Shown here: piece after piece, positions 45,635 through 56,900 of the stretch
Layout: the number at the start of each line of letters is the position of its first letter
How positions within the stretch are numbered: the first letter of the stretch is position 1
Assembly: GCA_965248575.1 (NCBI GenBank)
Contig: CBDFJQ010000002.1
Span: forward strand, 3,168,001-3,232,000
Direction of reading: 5' to 3'
Length of the DNA: 64,000 nt
Source: Planctomycetota bacterium
GTDB taxonomy: Bacteria > Planctomycetota > B15-G4
Made by a program: the position numbers and the translations under genes
The notes under the pieces: model-generated
Database searches by the model: none
What the model saw: the letters and a program-made list of their open reading frames with translations, nothing else
Told to the model about the DNA's origin: nothing

Positions 45635-48547
45635 ATGCTCTCCGCCCCAGAAGCGCGTCCTCCTTTGGCTGGCCTCTGCCGGCTGCTCAGCCTGTGCCTG
45701 GGCTGCGCCGCTCTTCTGTCAGGCCAGCTGGCCGCCCAATCGCCTCTCACCGGCGGCTTCAGCAAGGGACGCCTGCAACCCAAACAAGGCCAGCCAGCTC
45801 CGAACGATCTCGATCCCGCTTTCGTCAACTTCGAGACGCCTCACGTCCACCCCCTCGAACTGGCACCGGACGGGCAGACCCTGCTCGCCGTGAACACGGC
45901 CGACAACCGGCTCGAGGTGTTCGATGTCTCGCCCTTGCCTCTCACCCACTTGGCATCCATCCCGGTCGGGCTGGAGCCCGTCACCGTCAGGGCCCTGGAC
46001 TCGGACACGGTCTGGGTCGTCAACCAGGTGTCTGACTCCATCAGCATCGTGGACCTGGACACGAACACCGTCGTAGCCACGGTGTTCACGGATGACGAAC
46101 CGGCGGATGTGGTCTTCGCGGGCCAACCGATACGCGCCTATGTGAGCTGCAGCCAGGCCAACACGGTGCTCGTCTTCAACCCCTCCAACCTGTCGGCCGC
46201 GCCAGTGCGCATCGAACTGGATGGGGAGGACCCACGCGCCCTGGCCGTGAGCACGAACGGCAAGCGGGTCTACGTGGGCATCTTCGAGTCGGGCAACGGC
46301 ACAACCATCCTGGGCGGGGGCTCGACCGAAGGCGGCGGCTTTCCCCAGAATGCCGTGAGCCATGTCTCGGGACCTTATGCCGGTGTGAACCCGCCGCCCA
46401 ACGACGGCGCGAACATCACGCCCTCCATGACGCCCGGCCTGCCGCTCCCACCCGCCGTGGGCCTGATCGTGAAGCAGGACCCCAGCTCGGGTGACTGGCT
46501 CGACGAGAACGGAGGCGACTGGACCAAGCTCACATCTGGCCCTGACGCCCGCCTCTCCGGGCGCCAGGTCGGCTGGCAGCTGCGCGACCACGACGTCGCG
46601 GTGATCAGGACCCAGAACTTGACCGTGACCTACGTCGATCAGCTGATGAACATCGTCATGGCGCTGGGCGTCAACCCGGCCAGCGGTGTCCTGTCGATCG
46701 TTGGCACGGAAGCCACGAACCACATCCGCTACGAGCCGAATCTCAACGGAACCTTCGTGCGAGTCCTGGGCGCGAGGTACTTCCCCAGCTCAGGCAACCG
46801 ACAGACCTTCGACCTCAACCCACACCTGGACTACAGCACCAGCACGCTGCCGCAGAGCGAGCGCGACAAGAGCCTCGGCGACCCTCGGCAGATCCTCTGG
46901 AACAGCAACGGCCAGAGGGCCTACGTGGCCGGCATGGGCAGCAACAACGTGGTGGTGCTGAATGCCTTCGGCAATCGCGCCGGGCTCAATGGAGCGATCG
47001 AGGTGGGCGATGGCCCCACGGGACTCGCCTTGCATGGCGGGCTCAATCGGCTGTTCGTGCTCAACAAATTCGATGCGAGCATCTCCACGGTCAACCTGGC
47101 CAACGAGCTGCAGGAGGACGTGCGGGGGTTCTACGACCCCACCCCGGCCGCTGTCCGCCTGGGCCGCCCCTTCCTCTACAGCACCCACGACAGCTCGGGG
47201 CTTGGGCAGGTGTCTTGCGGCAGTTGCCACGTCGACGCCCGCATGGATCGCCTCGCCTGGGACCTTGGGAATCCGACGGGCGACATCTCACCCGTCGCGG
47301 GGCAGAACCAGGGCATGAACAACCCCGACCTGGCCCAGGGCATCGCGGACTTCCACCCCATGAAGGGGCCGATGACGACCCAGACCTTGCAGGACATCGT
47401 CGGCAAGGAGCCCTTCCATTGGCGCGGTGACAAGAACGGCTTGGAGGACTTCAACGGCGCCTACACGAGCTTGCAGGGCGACGACGCCATGCTCAGCCCC
47501 GCGGAGATGCAACGCTTCGAGCATTTCCTGGCGAGTCTCAGCTTCCCGCCGAACCCCTTCCGCAACATGGACAACTCCCTGCGGACGGACATCGACCTCA
47601 GCGGCCTGTTCACGACGGGCAAGTTCTTGCCGGAGGGCCAACCGCTCCCGCCGGGAGACGCCCAGCGCGGGCGACAGCGTTTCGTGGGCCCCAACGGGCT
47701 CGTGGGCGGGCAGTTCGACTGCATCACCTGCCACACGGCCCCCACCGGCCTGGGCTCCAACTCCATCGATGTCGGTGGGTTCCTGGAGCTCCTGCCTGCC
47801 GGCCCCAACGGGGAGAAGCACCACGCCCTGGTGGGCATCGACGGCAACACGAACACGACCATGAAGATCCCCCACCTGCGGAATCTGCACGAAAAGGTGG
47901 GCATGAACATGGCCACCACGGAGAGCTTCGCAGGCTTCGGCTTCCTGCACGATGGCAGCGTCGACTCCATCGCCCGATTCCTCTCGAAGCCCAGCTTCGG
48001 ATTCACGAGCGACCAGGACATCGCCGACATGACGGCCTTCCTGCTCTCGTTCTCGGGCGGCGGCATCGATCTCGGCGACCTCGACAACCCCATGAAGCCG
48101 TTGGGTCCCCCGAGCCAGGATGCGCACGCAGGCGTCGGCCAACAAATCACCCTGAGCGCTTGGCCGCCCACGGCTGGTGAGGCTCAACGCGCCCAGGACA
48201 TGGTGAATCTTGCCGAGGCAGGCGCGCTTGGCCTCACGGTGCGCGGCGTGCACGACGGCCACATGCGGGGCTGGACCTATCTCGCTGGAGGCATCGCACA
48301 GTCAGATCGACGCAGCGAGCGCTTGCCCTTCCTCACGCTGCTCGCACAGGTTTCCCAAGGGGGCACCCGGACCCTCACACTGGTCCCCAAGGGCAGCGAA
48401 ACGCGCATAGCTCTCGATCGCGACACGGACGGCGCCTACGACCAGGACGAACTCGACGCAGGCTCGAGCCCCGCAGACCCCCAAGACACACCGGGAGGCC
48501 CGCTCGGCACGGTCACGCCGACGAGCAAGCAGCCGAAGACCCCCTAG
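45635..48547 (+). CDS. Secreted YVTN/YncE beta-propeller fused to a di-haem cytochrome c peroxidase-like domain
   Basis: VNTADNRLEV, VVNQVSDSISIVD, VGDGPTGLAL repeats; CGSCH (~47216) and CITCH (~47720); HWRGD, KIPHLRNL, FLHDGS. Confidence 0.85.
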   Translation: MLSAPEARPPLAGLCRLLSLCLGCAALLSGQLAAQSPLTGGFSKGRLQPKQGQPAPNDLDPAFVNFETPHVHPLELAPDGQTLLAVNTADNRLEVFDVSPLPLTHLASIPVGLEPVTVRALDSDTVWVVNQVSDSISIVDLDTNTVVATVFTDDEPADVVFAGQPIRAYVSCSQANTVLVFNPSNLSAAPVRIELDGEDPRALAVSTNGKRVYVGIFESGNGTTILGGGSTEGGGFPQNAVSHVSGPYAGVNPPPNDGANITPSMTPGLPLPPAVGLIVKQDPSSGDWLDENGGDWTKLTSGPDARLSGRQVGWQLRDHDVAVIRTQNLTVTYVDQLMNIVMALGVNPASGVLSIVGTEATNHIRYEPNLNGTFVRVLGARYFPSSGNRQTFDLNPHLDYSTSTLPQSERDKSLGDPRQILWNSNGQRAYVAGMGSNNVVVLNAFGNRAGLNGAIEVGDGPTGLALHGGLNRLFVLNKFDASISTVNLANELQEDVRGFYDPTPAAVRLGRPFLYSTHDSSGLGQVSCGSCHVDARMDRLAWDLGNPTGDISPVAGQNQGMNNPDLAQGIADFHPMKGPMTTQTLQDIVGKEPFHWRGDKNGLEDFNGAYTSLQGDDAMLSPAEMQRFEHFLASLSFPPNPFRNMDNSLRTDIDLSGLFTTGKFLPEGQPLPPGDAQRGRQRFVGPNGLVGGQFDCITCHTAPTGLGSNSIDVGGFLELLPAGPNGEKHHALVGIDGNTNTTMKIPHLRNLHEKVGMNMATTESFAGFGFLHDGSVDSIARFLSKPSFGFTSDQDIADMTAFLLSFSGGGIDLGDLDNPMKPLGPPSQDAHAGVGQQITLSAWPPTAGEAQRAQDMVNLAEAGALGLTVRGVHDGHMRGWTYLAGGIAQSDRRSERLPFLTLLAQVSQGGTRTLTLVPKGSETRIALDRDTDGAYDQDELDAGSSPADPQDTPGGPLGTVTPTSKQPKTP

Positions 48548-48629
48548 CGACTGGCCGCTGGGGCCGTCGTGCGCAACCATCGCCAGGGCTTCCGCTCTTG
48601 TCATGGCTGCGGCAGACCGTGGCCCCACC

Positions 48630-49601
48630 CTACGCCTTTTTGAAGATCTCCTTCAGCGAGCCCATCGAGCCCAGGACAGCTGCCGATTCGAAGGGCATGA
48701 AGACGGTGTCGTTGGCGCTCGGGTTCTGCGCGATGTCCCGCATCATCTTCAGGTACTCCATGCTGATCAGGTACTGCGAGGGGGTCGTGCCCGAATCACG
48801 CAGCGACTCGGTGACCTTCTGGATGGCTCCTGCCTCGCCCTCTGCCTTGAGGATGAGTCGTTGGCGCTCCCCTTCCGCCTCGGCCACGGCGGCATCCCGA
48901 ATACCCTCGGCGCGCAACACGCGCGAAGCCTTCTCGCCTTCGGCCTCCAGCACCACGGCACGCCGGGAGCGCTCGGCCTTCATCTGCTTCTCCATCGCCA
49001 CCTGGATCTCCGGAGGCGGGTTGATGTCCTGAAGCTCCACGCGGTTCACCTTGACGCCCCACTTGTCGGTGGCGTCATCCAGCACCGCGCGCATCTTGCT
49101 GTTGATGTCGTCGCGGCTGGACAGTGCCTTGTCGAGATCCAGGTTGCCGATGATGTTACGCAGCGTGGTCTGGGCAATCTTCTCGATGGCGTTGGGGAGG
49201 TTGTTCACCTCATAGGCCGCGCGCATGGCATCCGTGACCTGGGCGAACAGGAGGCCGTTGATCTCGATCACCACGTTGTCGCGCGTGATCACACGCTGCT
49301 GCGGAAAGTCCAAGACGGCTTCGCGCATGTCCAGGCGTTCTTGGATCCTGACCACGTTGGCCGTGCGGTTCCCACTCCGAACGATGGTCAGCCAAGCCAG
49401 CTGGCGCGGCCTGTCGATGATGGGCCAGAGCACGTTGATCCCGGGGGTCAGCATGCGGTGGTACTTGCCCAGGCGCTCTACGAGCATCACCTCGGCCTGA
49501 CGCACGATCTTGATGCCCCGGGCAACGAGGACGACGGCCAAAACAAGGAATGAGAGCAGGATGGCTGTGGTCGGGTCGACAGCGAGTAGGACGGGGTTCA
49601 T
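48630..49601 (-). CDS. SPFH/band-7 (stomatin, QmcA-like) protein
   Basis: VERLGKYHR, VITRDNV, QTTLRNIIG, WGVKVNRVELQDI, QMKAERSRRA. Confidence 0.93.
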   Translation of the reverse strand: MNPVLLAVDPTTAILLSFLVLAVVLVARGIKIVRQAEVMLVERLGKYHRMLTPGINVLWPIIDRPRQLAWLTIVRSGNRTANVVRIQERLDMREAVLDFPQQRVITRDNVVIEINGLLFAQVTDAMRAAYEVNNLPNAIEKIAQTTLRNIIGNLDLDKALSSRDDINSKMRAVLDDATDKWGVKVNRVELQDINPPPEIQVAMEKQMKAERSRRAVVLEAEGEKASRVLRAEGIRDAAVAEAEGERQRLILKAEGEAGAIQKVTESLRDSGTTPSQYLISMEYLKMMRDIAQNPSANDTVFMPFESAAVLGSMGSLKEIFKKA

Positions 49602-49659
49602 GTGCGAGTCCTCCGGGAAACGGCCAGATGGGCTGATCGAGCGAGTGAATCTTGGGGTA

Positions 49660-50145
49660 CTAGGACGCAGGTCCGACGGAAAGGGTGTTGCCTTGGACAG
49701 CGACGACCTTGACGGCATCTCCGACGTCCAGAGTCTGCTCCGCGGTCGCCCGCCACTCCTCGTTGGCGAGACGCACCCGGCCCACTCCACCGGGAGGAAC
49801 CTGGGCGACCACGGTGCCACGGCTTCCCACCAGAGCGTCGGTGTTGGTGAGGACCGTCTTCGGAGAGAAGAGACGCACGAACACCGGGCGCAACCACAGC
49901 AGGGAGCCGATGGAACTTGCAGCGAAGAATCCCACCTCGACCGGTGCCGGCCAACCGAAGTAGGCCACGCCAGCCGTGAGCAATGCAGTGATGGAGAGCG
50001 CACCCAGGAAGAAGCCCGCCGTGAAGATCTCGGCAGTCAATGTCACGAGCGTGAGCCAGAGCCAGAACTCGACGTGTGACTCCAAGAATCCGCCCAAGGT
50101 GAGCAGGTCATTCAGAGCGGATTCAGCGACAGCTAGCGTCCACAT
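49660..50145 (-). CDS. NfeD family membrane protein (short form)
   Basis: TM helices, then TNTDALVG..GRVRLANEEWRA..VVAVQGNTL; adjacent to the SPFH gene. Confidence 0.88.
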   Translation of the reverse strand: MWTLAVAESALNDLLTLGGFLESHVEFWLWLTLVTLTAEIFTAGFFLGALSITALLTAGVAYFGWPAPVEVGFFAASSIGSLLWLRPVFVRLFSPKTVLTNTDALVGSRGTVVAQVPPGGVGRVRLANEEWRATAEQTLDVGDAVKVVAVQGNTLSVGPAS

Positions 50146-50359
50146 ATCAGCAATCCCGAAGAGATTGGCGAGCTTCCATTTTCCGGTTGTCAGTGTAGAC
50201 AAAGCCGGTGCCAAGAAACTGCGCCAGGGCCCCATGTGAGCCCCTTAGTCCTGAATCACGCCCCAATCTTTTACGAAGCCATCCGCCGGGACAGGCACGT
50301 CGGCTCGCTTGGCGTGGCGACTTCGCGGCATCCAGAGAGCTCGTTCGGGCACACAAGGG

Positions 50360-51100
50360 CTAGCCGAGGAACTCGCTCTTCGCGACTGCAGCCTCACTCT
50401 CAGAGAGCTCGGCCGACTCAAGGCCCCCTACGCAAAGAGAAGCTCGGAAGTTCGCCGTCAGCGCATCCGCGAGTTCGCCCCACTCCACCCGCCTGCCCGC
50501 AGCCAACTCCACTGAGCCCACATCCGGAGACAGCGACGGAACGGAGAGGGGGATGGAACCATGGTGCAAGACGCGGCCCCCTGCGCGGCGCTGTGCCGAG
50601 CCCACGACCTTCCTGCCCGACGAGTCCACGAGATCCAAGGCCGTGTGGTCGTCAAAGCACATGGAGGCCTTGCGCGGGTGAACAGAGAGAGGAGCCTCGC
50701 CACCGCGAAAGTCCAGTTTGGCACCCAGCCCCGAGAGCGCGTTTCGCACCACCGCGTGCACGCACTCGTAGCCGGCAACGGTTTCGGCGGGGTAGCCGTC
50801 TCGACCAGGTGTTGCCACGAGGCAGAACGTCAGCTCGTCGGCGTGGTGGATGGCACCGCCGCCCGTCTGTCGACGGACGATCTCCACCTGGGCTTCGGCA
50901 GCCCGCTGCTCGAATGCCTCCCGGGGCTGGAAGTAGCCCAGGGACAGCGCGGCTGGGAGCCAGCCATAGAGGCGTAACGCAGGACGCTCCTCCGGAGACC
51001 GGAGGAGCGCCTCGTCACACGACAGGTTGTAGCGAGGGCGACCGAAGCCGCTTCGAAGCAACCTCCATGTCCGCGCCGGCTGCTTGCCTGAGGCGGACAC
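50360..51100 (-). CDS. Lipoate-protein ligase/octanoyltransferase (LplA/LipM-like)
   Basis: NLSCDEALL, LRLYGW..ALSLGYFQ, VRRQTGGGAIHH, KVVGSAQRR, LHHGSI; start uncertain (GTG 51100). Confidence 0.88.
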   Translation of the reverse strand: MSASGKQPARTWRLLRSGFGRPRYNLSCDEALLRSPEERPALRLYGWLPAALSLGYFQPREAFEQRAAEAQVEIVRRQTGGGAIHHADELTFCLVATPGRDGYPAETVAGYECVHAVVRNALSGLGAKLDFRGGEAPLSVHPRKASMCFDDHTALDLVDSSGRKVVGSAQRRAGGRVLHHGSIPLSVPSLSPDVGSVELAAGRRVEWGELADALTANFRASLCVGGLESAELSESEAAVAKSEFLG

Positions 51101-51120
51101 GTGCCTACACGCCGTCCCGT

Positions 51121-53013
51121 CTACTTCGTGGCGACCTTGACCTTCGCCAGCACGCTCTTCAGGCACTCCTGCGCCCAATACTGGTAGTTGAGGTCGAGGT
51201 AGTCCTCGATGGCCTGGTCCTCGTCGCGCCCTTGAAGGGGGCTCAGAGGACGGTCACGGGTGAAGCCGTTGAGGCGCCCCGCCCAGGAGCCGGCGTTGAG
51301 CTCGGCACCCCAGGCATGGCGACGGTTCCGCATGGCAACGGGAGCGAAGACTTCACCGGGAACGCCGTGGTAGTAGATGTCGTCGGCAAGGCTGTAGCCG
51401 TCGATGAAGATCGACATCTCGGACTCTGTGAGACGGATCCGCAAGGGGTTGCGCTGGAAGTAGCGGTCGGCCTGGGCGTCACTCGTCTGGGTTTGCCGCG
51501 TCGGGGGGCGGGGGAAGATCTTCGCCAGTTCCTTGAAGTCATCGGGGCCGGAGTCCTCGCCCAGGGTGTCCAGGGCAGCCGCCAAGGCGGCAGTGGTCTC
51601 GGCGAACAGGGATTCGCCGAAGCCACCATCTTGTGCAATCCGGCTGTAGATCAGATCCACCTCAGCGCTGCCACGCTCGAAGAACAAGCGACCCGAAGTG
51701 CGGTAGTGCTCTTCGACCTCGTCGGTGCTCAGCGACTTCTTGCGCCAGCGGAAGTAGGCCTCCTTGTGACGCCAGTGCTCGCGGTAACGATCCAAGGAGC
51801 GGTAGCCCCGCAGCACGATGATGGAGCCGAGGGGGAACAGGGTGCCTTCGAACTGGGCGTTCAGGTCGGCGTAGGCCTGCTTGGTCTCCTCCTCGTCCAT
51901 CCACTGATCGACGGCACCAAGGGTGGTGCGCACGCCGTGCAGGGTGAGCAACTCACGGAGGATCAGGTTGACGTCCGTGTCGCTGATGTCGTCCTTGATC
52001 ATGTCCCACAGGCCGTCGACACCCAAATCAGCGTCACCCAAGCGCAGGAAGACGTCGTCAGGGAGGTCGGTGTCGAAGAAGAACTTCACACCGATCGCCG
52101 CGATCACACCGGTACGGATGGTGGTCGTGATCTGCCCACGGAAGAAGGACGGGATCGGCTTGCCCGACTTGCCGTGGCTCTTCACGAAGGTGCGCAGCTG
52201 CATGCCGGAATCGTTGGTGCCCAAGGCATCCCACGTGATCTGCGGCATCCAGTCCGGCTTCGGGTCGTCCTCCGGAATGGGGCCGTCACCGATGCCCCAG
52301 ACCTCGCCCTCCTGGGGCTCAGTCGGCATGGGCAGGAACACCTTCTCGAAGGCCACCTCCGCCGACATCATCTGGCGGTAGGCCTCCATGCCCATGCTGC
52401 TCTCGATGGACGCGATGAACTCCGCGCGCGCCTTGGCCGCCAGCTCGGCAGCCTTCTCCGGCTCCGCCTCGGCGTTCGGCCCGCGGGCCTGCATCTCCAC
52501 CATGCTGACGATGTTCTGGACCTTCTCGTCCAGGTCGGCTTCCGAGATCACCAAGCTGGCGGGATCGATGCCTGCAGCAATCTGGGCAGCGCGCTGCGTT
52601 TCGGTGACGAGCCGTGTGATCTCCTCGTCGACGCGGTTGACGCCCAAGAACATGATGGCCCGCTTGCGGAAATCGTTGCGGGTGATGGGCGTATCGCCCA
52701 CCGTCATGATCACGTCGGCGTCCAGGTCGACATCGCCCAGGCCCACCTTCACGACATCCGCGAGGCGCCGCACGTAGGGCGAGGGGGTCATCCGGTGCAG
52801 CTGGATGTCCTCGATGGAACGGCCAAAGCTCGTCTGGCTGATTGCGGGGACGAGCACGGGGCCCTCTTGGGCCTCCTGCGTGTCGACCGGCGTCATCTCG
52901 GTGACCAGCACGGGTGCGGGTTGCGGCTCCGCCTCCTGGGCAGCAAGCATCGGGAGCGCTGTGGACGCAAACGCGAGGCTCAAGACAGCTTTCGGGAACA
53001 TCAGACGGGACAT
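51121..53013 (-). CDS. Secreted hypothetical protein, possibly a SurA/PrsA-like foldase
   Basis: Signal peptide; ITRNDF..VISEADLDEKV (SurA-N-like); DEVEEHY and DDFKELAK parvulin-like remnants. Confidence 0.5.
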   Translation of the reverse strand: MSRLMFPKAVLSLAFASTALPMLAAQEAEPQPAPVLVTEMTPVDTQEAQEGPVLVPAISQTSFGRSIEDIQLHRMTPSPYVRRLADVVKVGLGDVDLDADVIMTVGDTPITRNDFRKRAIMFLGVNRVDEEITRLVTETQRAAQIAAGIDPASLVISEADLDEKVQNIVSMVEMQARGPNAEAEPEKAAELAAKARAEFIASIESSMGMEAYRQMMSAEVAFEKVFLPMPTEPQEGEVWGIGDGPIPEDDPKPDWMPQITWDALGTNDSGMQLRTFVKSHGKSGKPIPSFFRGQITTTIRTGVIAAIGVKFFFDTDLPDDVFLRLGDADLGVDGLWDMIKDDISDTDVNLILRELLTLHGVRTTLGAVDQWMDEEETKQAYADLNAQFEGTLFPLGSIIVLRGYRSLDRYREHWRHKEAYFRWRKKSLSTDEVEEHYRTSGRLFFERGSAEVDLIYSRIAQDGGFGESLFAETTAALAAALDTLGEDSGPDDFKELAKIFPRPPTRQTQTSDAQADRYFQRNPLRIRLTESEMSIFIDGYSLADDIYYHGVPGEVFAPVAMRNRRHAWGAELNAGSWAGRLNGFTRDRPLSPLQGRDEDQAIEDYLDLNYQYWAQECLKSVLAKVKVATK

Positions 53014-53182
53014 TTCGGTAACTCCAAGAACACCGGGGGCGACCTCATACGCCCGTTCGGGATGGGACGTTGGCCATGGATATCGGTCGCGGGAGAGCGC
53101 CACATCAAAGGAAAGGTCGCCAAGAACTGTCAAGGCGCGCGATTTGATCGGACCGCCAGGTCTCGCTAGGGTCCGGCGGCGC

Positions 53183-53920
53183 GTGGCTGACTTTCCGAAA
53201 GACCTACTCTTGGCCGTTGATGGCCCCGGCGGCGACCCCGCCCTCCGCTGCCTCTCGCTCCTTCACGGTGCAGCGGTGATCGGGCGTTTTGATGCCGTCC
53301 AGGCCCTCGCAGCCCACGCTTTGACCCTGGGCCTGCCCACCGCCAAGCTGGCCGCTGCAGGCCTGCAGGTCGCACCCTATGGCGGCTTCCCGAGAGCTAT
53401 CGAGACCCTGAGCCTGATTGCGGAGGCTCAACGGGCATCTGGCCCCGCAAGCACCGATTCGGGCTCGAATCCGGGCAGGATCCGGCCAAACGCCCCCCAG
53501 GAGGAGGCGCTGCAGAGCCAGGCAACCCCCTCCGCTGATTCCTCCTTGGATCGCCTGCGAGTCGCCGGGCTGGAGGTCTTCCGCATGGTCTATGGCGACA
53601 ACACCGAGGCCGTCCTGGAGCAGCTCGCCACGCTGCATGCCGATCTCCCAAGCCACGTCCTGGAAGCCGCCTACGGCAAGGTTTTGTCCCAGCCAGGCCT
53701 GAGCTTGGGCGAAAGGGAACTGCTCGCCGTCAGCGCCCTGGCGCTGGCCGCCCTGCCCGCGCCACTCGGTTCCCACATTCGAGGTGCTCTCCGCAACGGT
53801 TTCACGAGCGCCGCCGTAGAGGATATTCTTCACGCCTCTACGTCCCTGGCCGACAAGAGCGCTCTCCCCGTCATCGATCAAGCGCTCGATCGGCTCTCCC
53901 GGAAGGTCTACCGACCATGA
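53183..53920 (+). CDS. Carboxymuconolactone decarboxylase (CMD/AhpD-like) family protein
   Basis: PYGGFPRAI, AYGKVLSQPGLSLGERELLAVSAL, HIRGALRNG; start uncertain. Confidence 0.75.
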   Translation: MADFPKDLLLAVDGPGGDPALRCLSLLHGAAVIGRFDAVQALAAHALTLGLPTAKLAAAGLQVAPYGGFPRAIETLSLIAEAQRASGPASTDSGSNPGRIRPNAPQEEALQSQATPSADSSLDRLRVAGLEVFRMVYGDNTEAVLEQLATLHADLPSHVLEAAYGKVLSQPGLSLGERELLAVSALALAALPAPLGSHIRGALRNGFTSAAVEDILHASTSLADKSALPVIDQALDRLSRKVYRP

Positions 53921-56900
53921 CTCTGACTCCGTCCCCGTCCACCGGAGCCTCGTCAACCGAACCGACCGGCGGCACGGCCCTTCCGGCCCTGCTCGTCAGT
54001 CTCGTCGCGCTGATTCTCTACCTGCCGACACTCGGCCACGAGCTGGTCTACGACGACTGGTTCCTCATCGACCCCGGGCAGAACGCCTCCATGCAGGGGG
54101 TGAATGACGACTTCGGCGTCGCCCTCAACCTGTTCACGGAAGAATACTGGGAAGGAGTGAACCCCTCTGGGGTGGAGGAGCTGAAGAACAGGGGACAGGC
54201 CCTCTACCGCCCCCTGACCACCTTCATTTGGGGCACGCTCTCCTTCCTGTTCAAGTACGAGAACGCCACCCAGGCGGTGCCCTACCACCTGGCCAACTTG
54301 CTGGCGAACGTCTGGGTCGTGTACTTGCTGTTCCAAGTCATCGTGCGTCTGTTCGGCTCCGTGCGCTTGGCCGTGCTGGGGTCACTGCTGTTCGCCTTGC
54401 ATCCGCTGCACAGTGAAGCCGTGGCCTATGTGGCCGGGCTGTCCGATCTCATCTCGACGGTCGCTGTCTTGCTCGGGCTGCTGTTCTGGCTACGCGCCAC
54501 CGACAATCCCGCCAAGCTGAAGCTCGGCCCCTACGTGGGCCTGCTGGCGACCATGTTCATCGGCCTGCTCGGCAAGGAAGGCGCCGTGCTGGTGCTCGCC
54601 GTGGTCGGACTCACGGATGTGATGCTCACCCTCCGAGGGCGGGTCACCTCCATGAGCCAGCGGATCGCCACCTACGGCGGCATGCTGGCGGTGATGGCTG
54701 CGAACATCGCGCTTCGCTTCGCGGTGATCGGCTACATCAAGCCCAGTTCCAACGCCATCGGCACGCTCGACAACGTGCTGATCAATGTGGACACGGGCGT
54801 GCGTGTCGCCAATGCCTTCAAGCTCCTCGCCAAATACGTGTGGCTGGTGCTCTGGCCCAAGGACCTGTCTGTTGACTACTCCAAGAGCGTCATCGACGTC
54901 TCGCCGGGCTGGGCGTCACCAGGCCCCTTGGCGGGCATCATCCTCATCACGGTGATGGTCTTGCTCGGCTTGGCGAAGCTGCGCAGTTCGCCGGCCTTCG
55001 GCTGGGGCCTGTTGTTCTTCGTGGGCTGCGCCACCTTCGTCTCCAACATGTTCGTTCCCATCGGAACGGTCATGGCGGAACGTCTGATGTACCTGCCAAG
55101 CATCGGCCTCTGCCTGGCGGCGGCCACAATCCTGAACCGCCTGCTCGCCCCCAGCGAGACAGCCAGCGGCGCCAAGGCCGGTGCCGGAGGGGGCCTCAAC
55201 CCGGTGGGTCTCCTGCTGTGCGTCCTGATCCTCGGTGGAGCCGGCATGCGCACCTATTCGCGCAACGCCGACTTCCACGATCCGATCACGCTCTTCGAGG
55301 CGGCCGAGCAGGTCGTGCCGGAGAGTGCTCGTGTGCACTTCCAGCTCGGCACGCTGTACTACAACTTGGGGCGCTTCAACGCGGCGGTCACACAACTCGA
55401 GACCTCGCTCCAGTACGACCCCAACTTCGTGCGCGCAGCCATTCAGCTGGGAGACGTCCACTCGGGCGACCAGAACTGGGAGCGGGCCATCGAGACCTAC
55501 GGCCTGATCCTCAAGAGCGTCGACGGCGTCGACGCCGATCCGGGCGACCTGGCAGCCTTGCAGGACATGGTGCTCACCAAGCGAGCGGAAGCCCATCGCC
55601 GTTCCGGCAACCTGGAAGCCGCACTGGCGGACGTGCAACGCGCAGTGGGTCTCAGCTCTGCGGGCTCCGTGGCCGATCGCCAGCTCGTGAGCATGTTGCA
55701 GGGCCAGCAGCGGTGGGAGGACTCCATTCCCGTCATTCGCAACGCCCTCGCCCTGGCACCGGACGATTCGCAAATGCTGTTCGACCTGTGTCGTGCTGCA
55801 GCCAACACCGGCGACCAGGAGCTCTACAACGACTCCCTTGCCCAGCTGAAGGAAACCCCGGACGGACGCGCCCTGGGCCTGGTGATGGAGGCGGTCACGC
55901 TGTATGCCCAGGCCTTGACCAACAAGAACGAGGCTCTCCGCGCCAAGGCCATGGACAAGTTCGAGCAGGCCATCGAGCTGGACGACAGCATGGCCACGCC
56001 CTACGCCTTCCGCGGTCGCTACATGGCCGAACGGTCCCAGTTCCTGCACGACGCCGTCACCGAGTACGACCGCGCCCTGGAGCGTGACCCGCTGCACCAC
56101 ATGGCGCTCGGCCTGAAGGCCACGGCCCTCACGCAGCTGGGCGAGTTCGAGGCAGCCCTCGACACCCTGGCCATTCTCGAGACGGTGAACCCCAACCCCG
56201 ACCTGCTCATCCTGAAGGCGGAGGCGTATTTCGGCTTGGGTGAGCTGCAGGAGCTGGAAGAGATTCGCGATCAACTTCGGGAGCTCGGGCGCGACCCCAT
56301 CGAGCTCCTGTTGAACACCGCCATCACCTACGACGCGCAGGGCGACACCGAGCGCGCCCTGGACCTCATCAACCAGGCTTTCGTGGATCCCGAGGCAGCG
56401 CAGAATCCAGAAGTCTGGCGCCACCTTGGCGTGCTCAGCCTCAACGCCAAGAAGTTTGAAGAGGCGCTGGCTGCTTTCGTTCAGCAAGAAGCCACCACGC
56501 TCACGAACATCGAACTCCAGGGCCCCTTCCCCTACATCCCGCTCAACAAGGCCAAGAGTTTCCTGGGCCTTCAGCGCGATGTGGAAGCGGCTGCGGAGCT
56601 GGAGAGGGCTGAGGCGATCCTCCAGGGCCTGGACCAACAGGGTCCGCTCTGGCGGCTCCTGAGGGCCGACATCCTGCTCACGCGTGCCGACCTCTTCATG
56701 GCTCCTGGCAGCTTGCTGTTCGACGCCGAGCAGGCTGAGCTGTTGTGCCAGGAAGGGATGGAGCACACCAACAACCAATACCCGCCGTTCCATGACCGCT
56801 CCATCGAAGCCTTGCTCCGGGCGGACAACACGGCGGAGGCCCTCGCAAGAGCGACCGCAGCTCAGGAGCGCTTCTTCAAGCTGGATCGCTTCCCGGTCGT

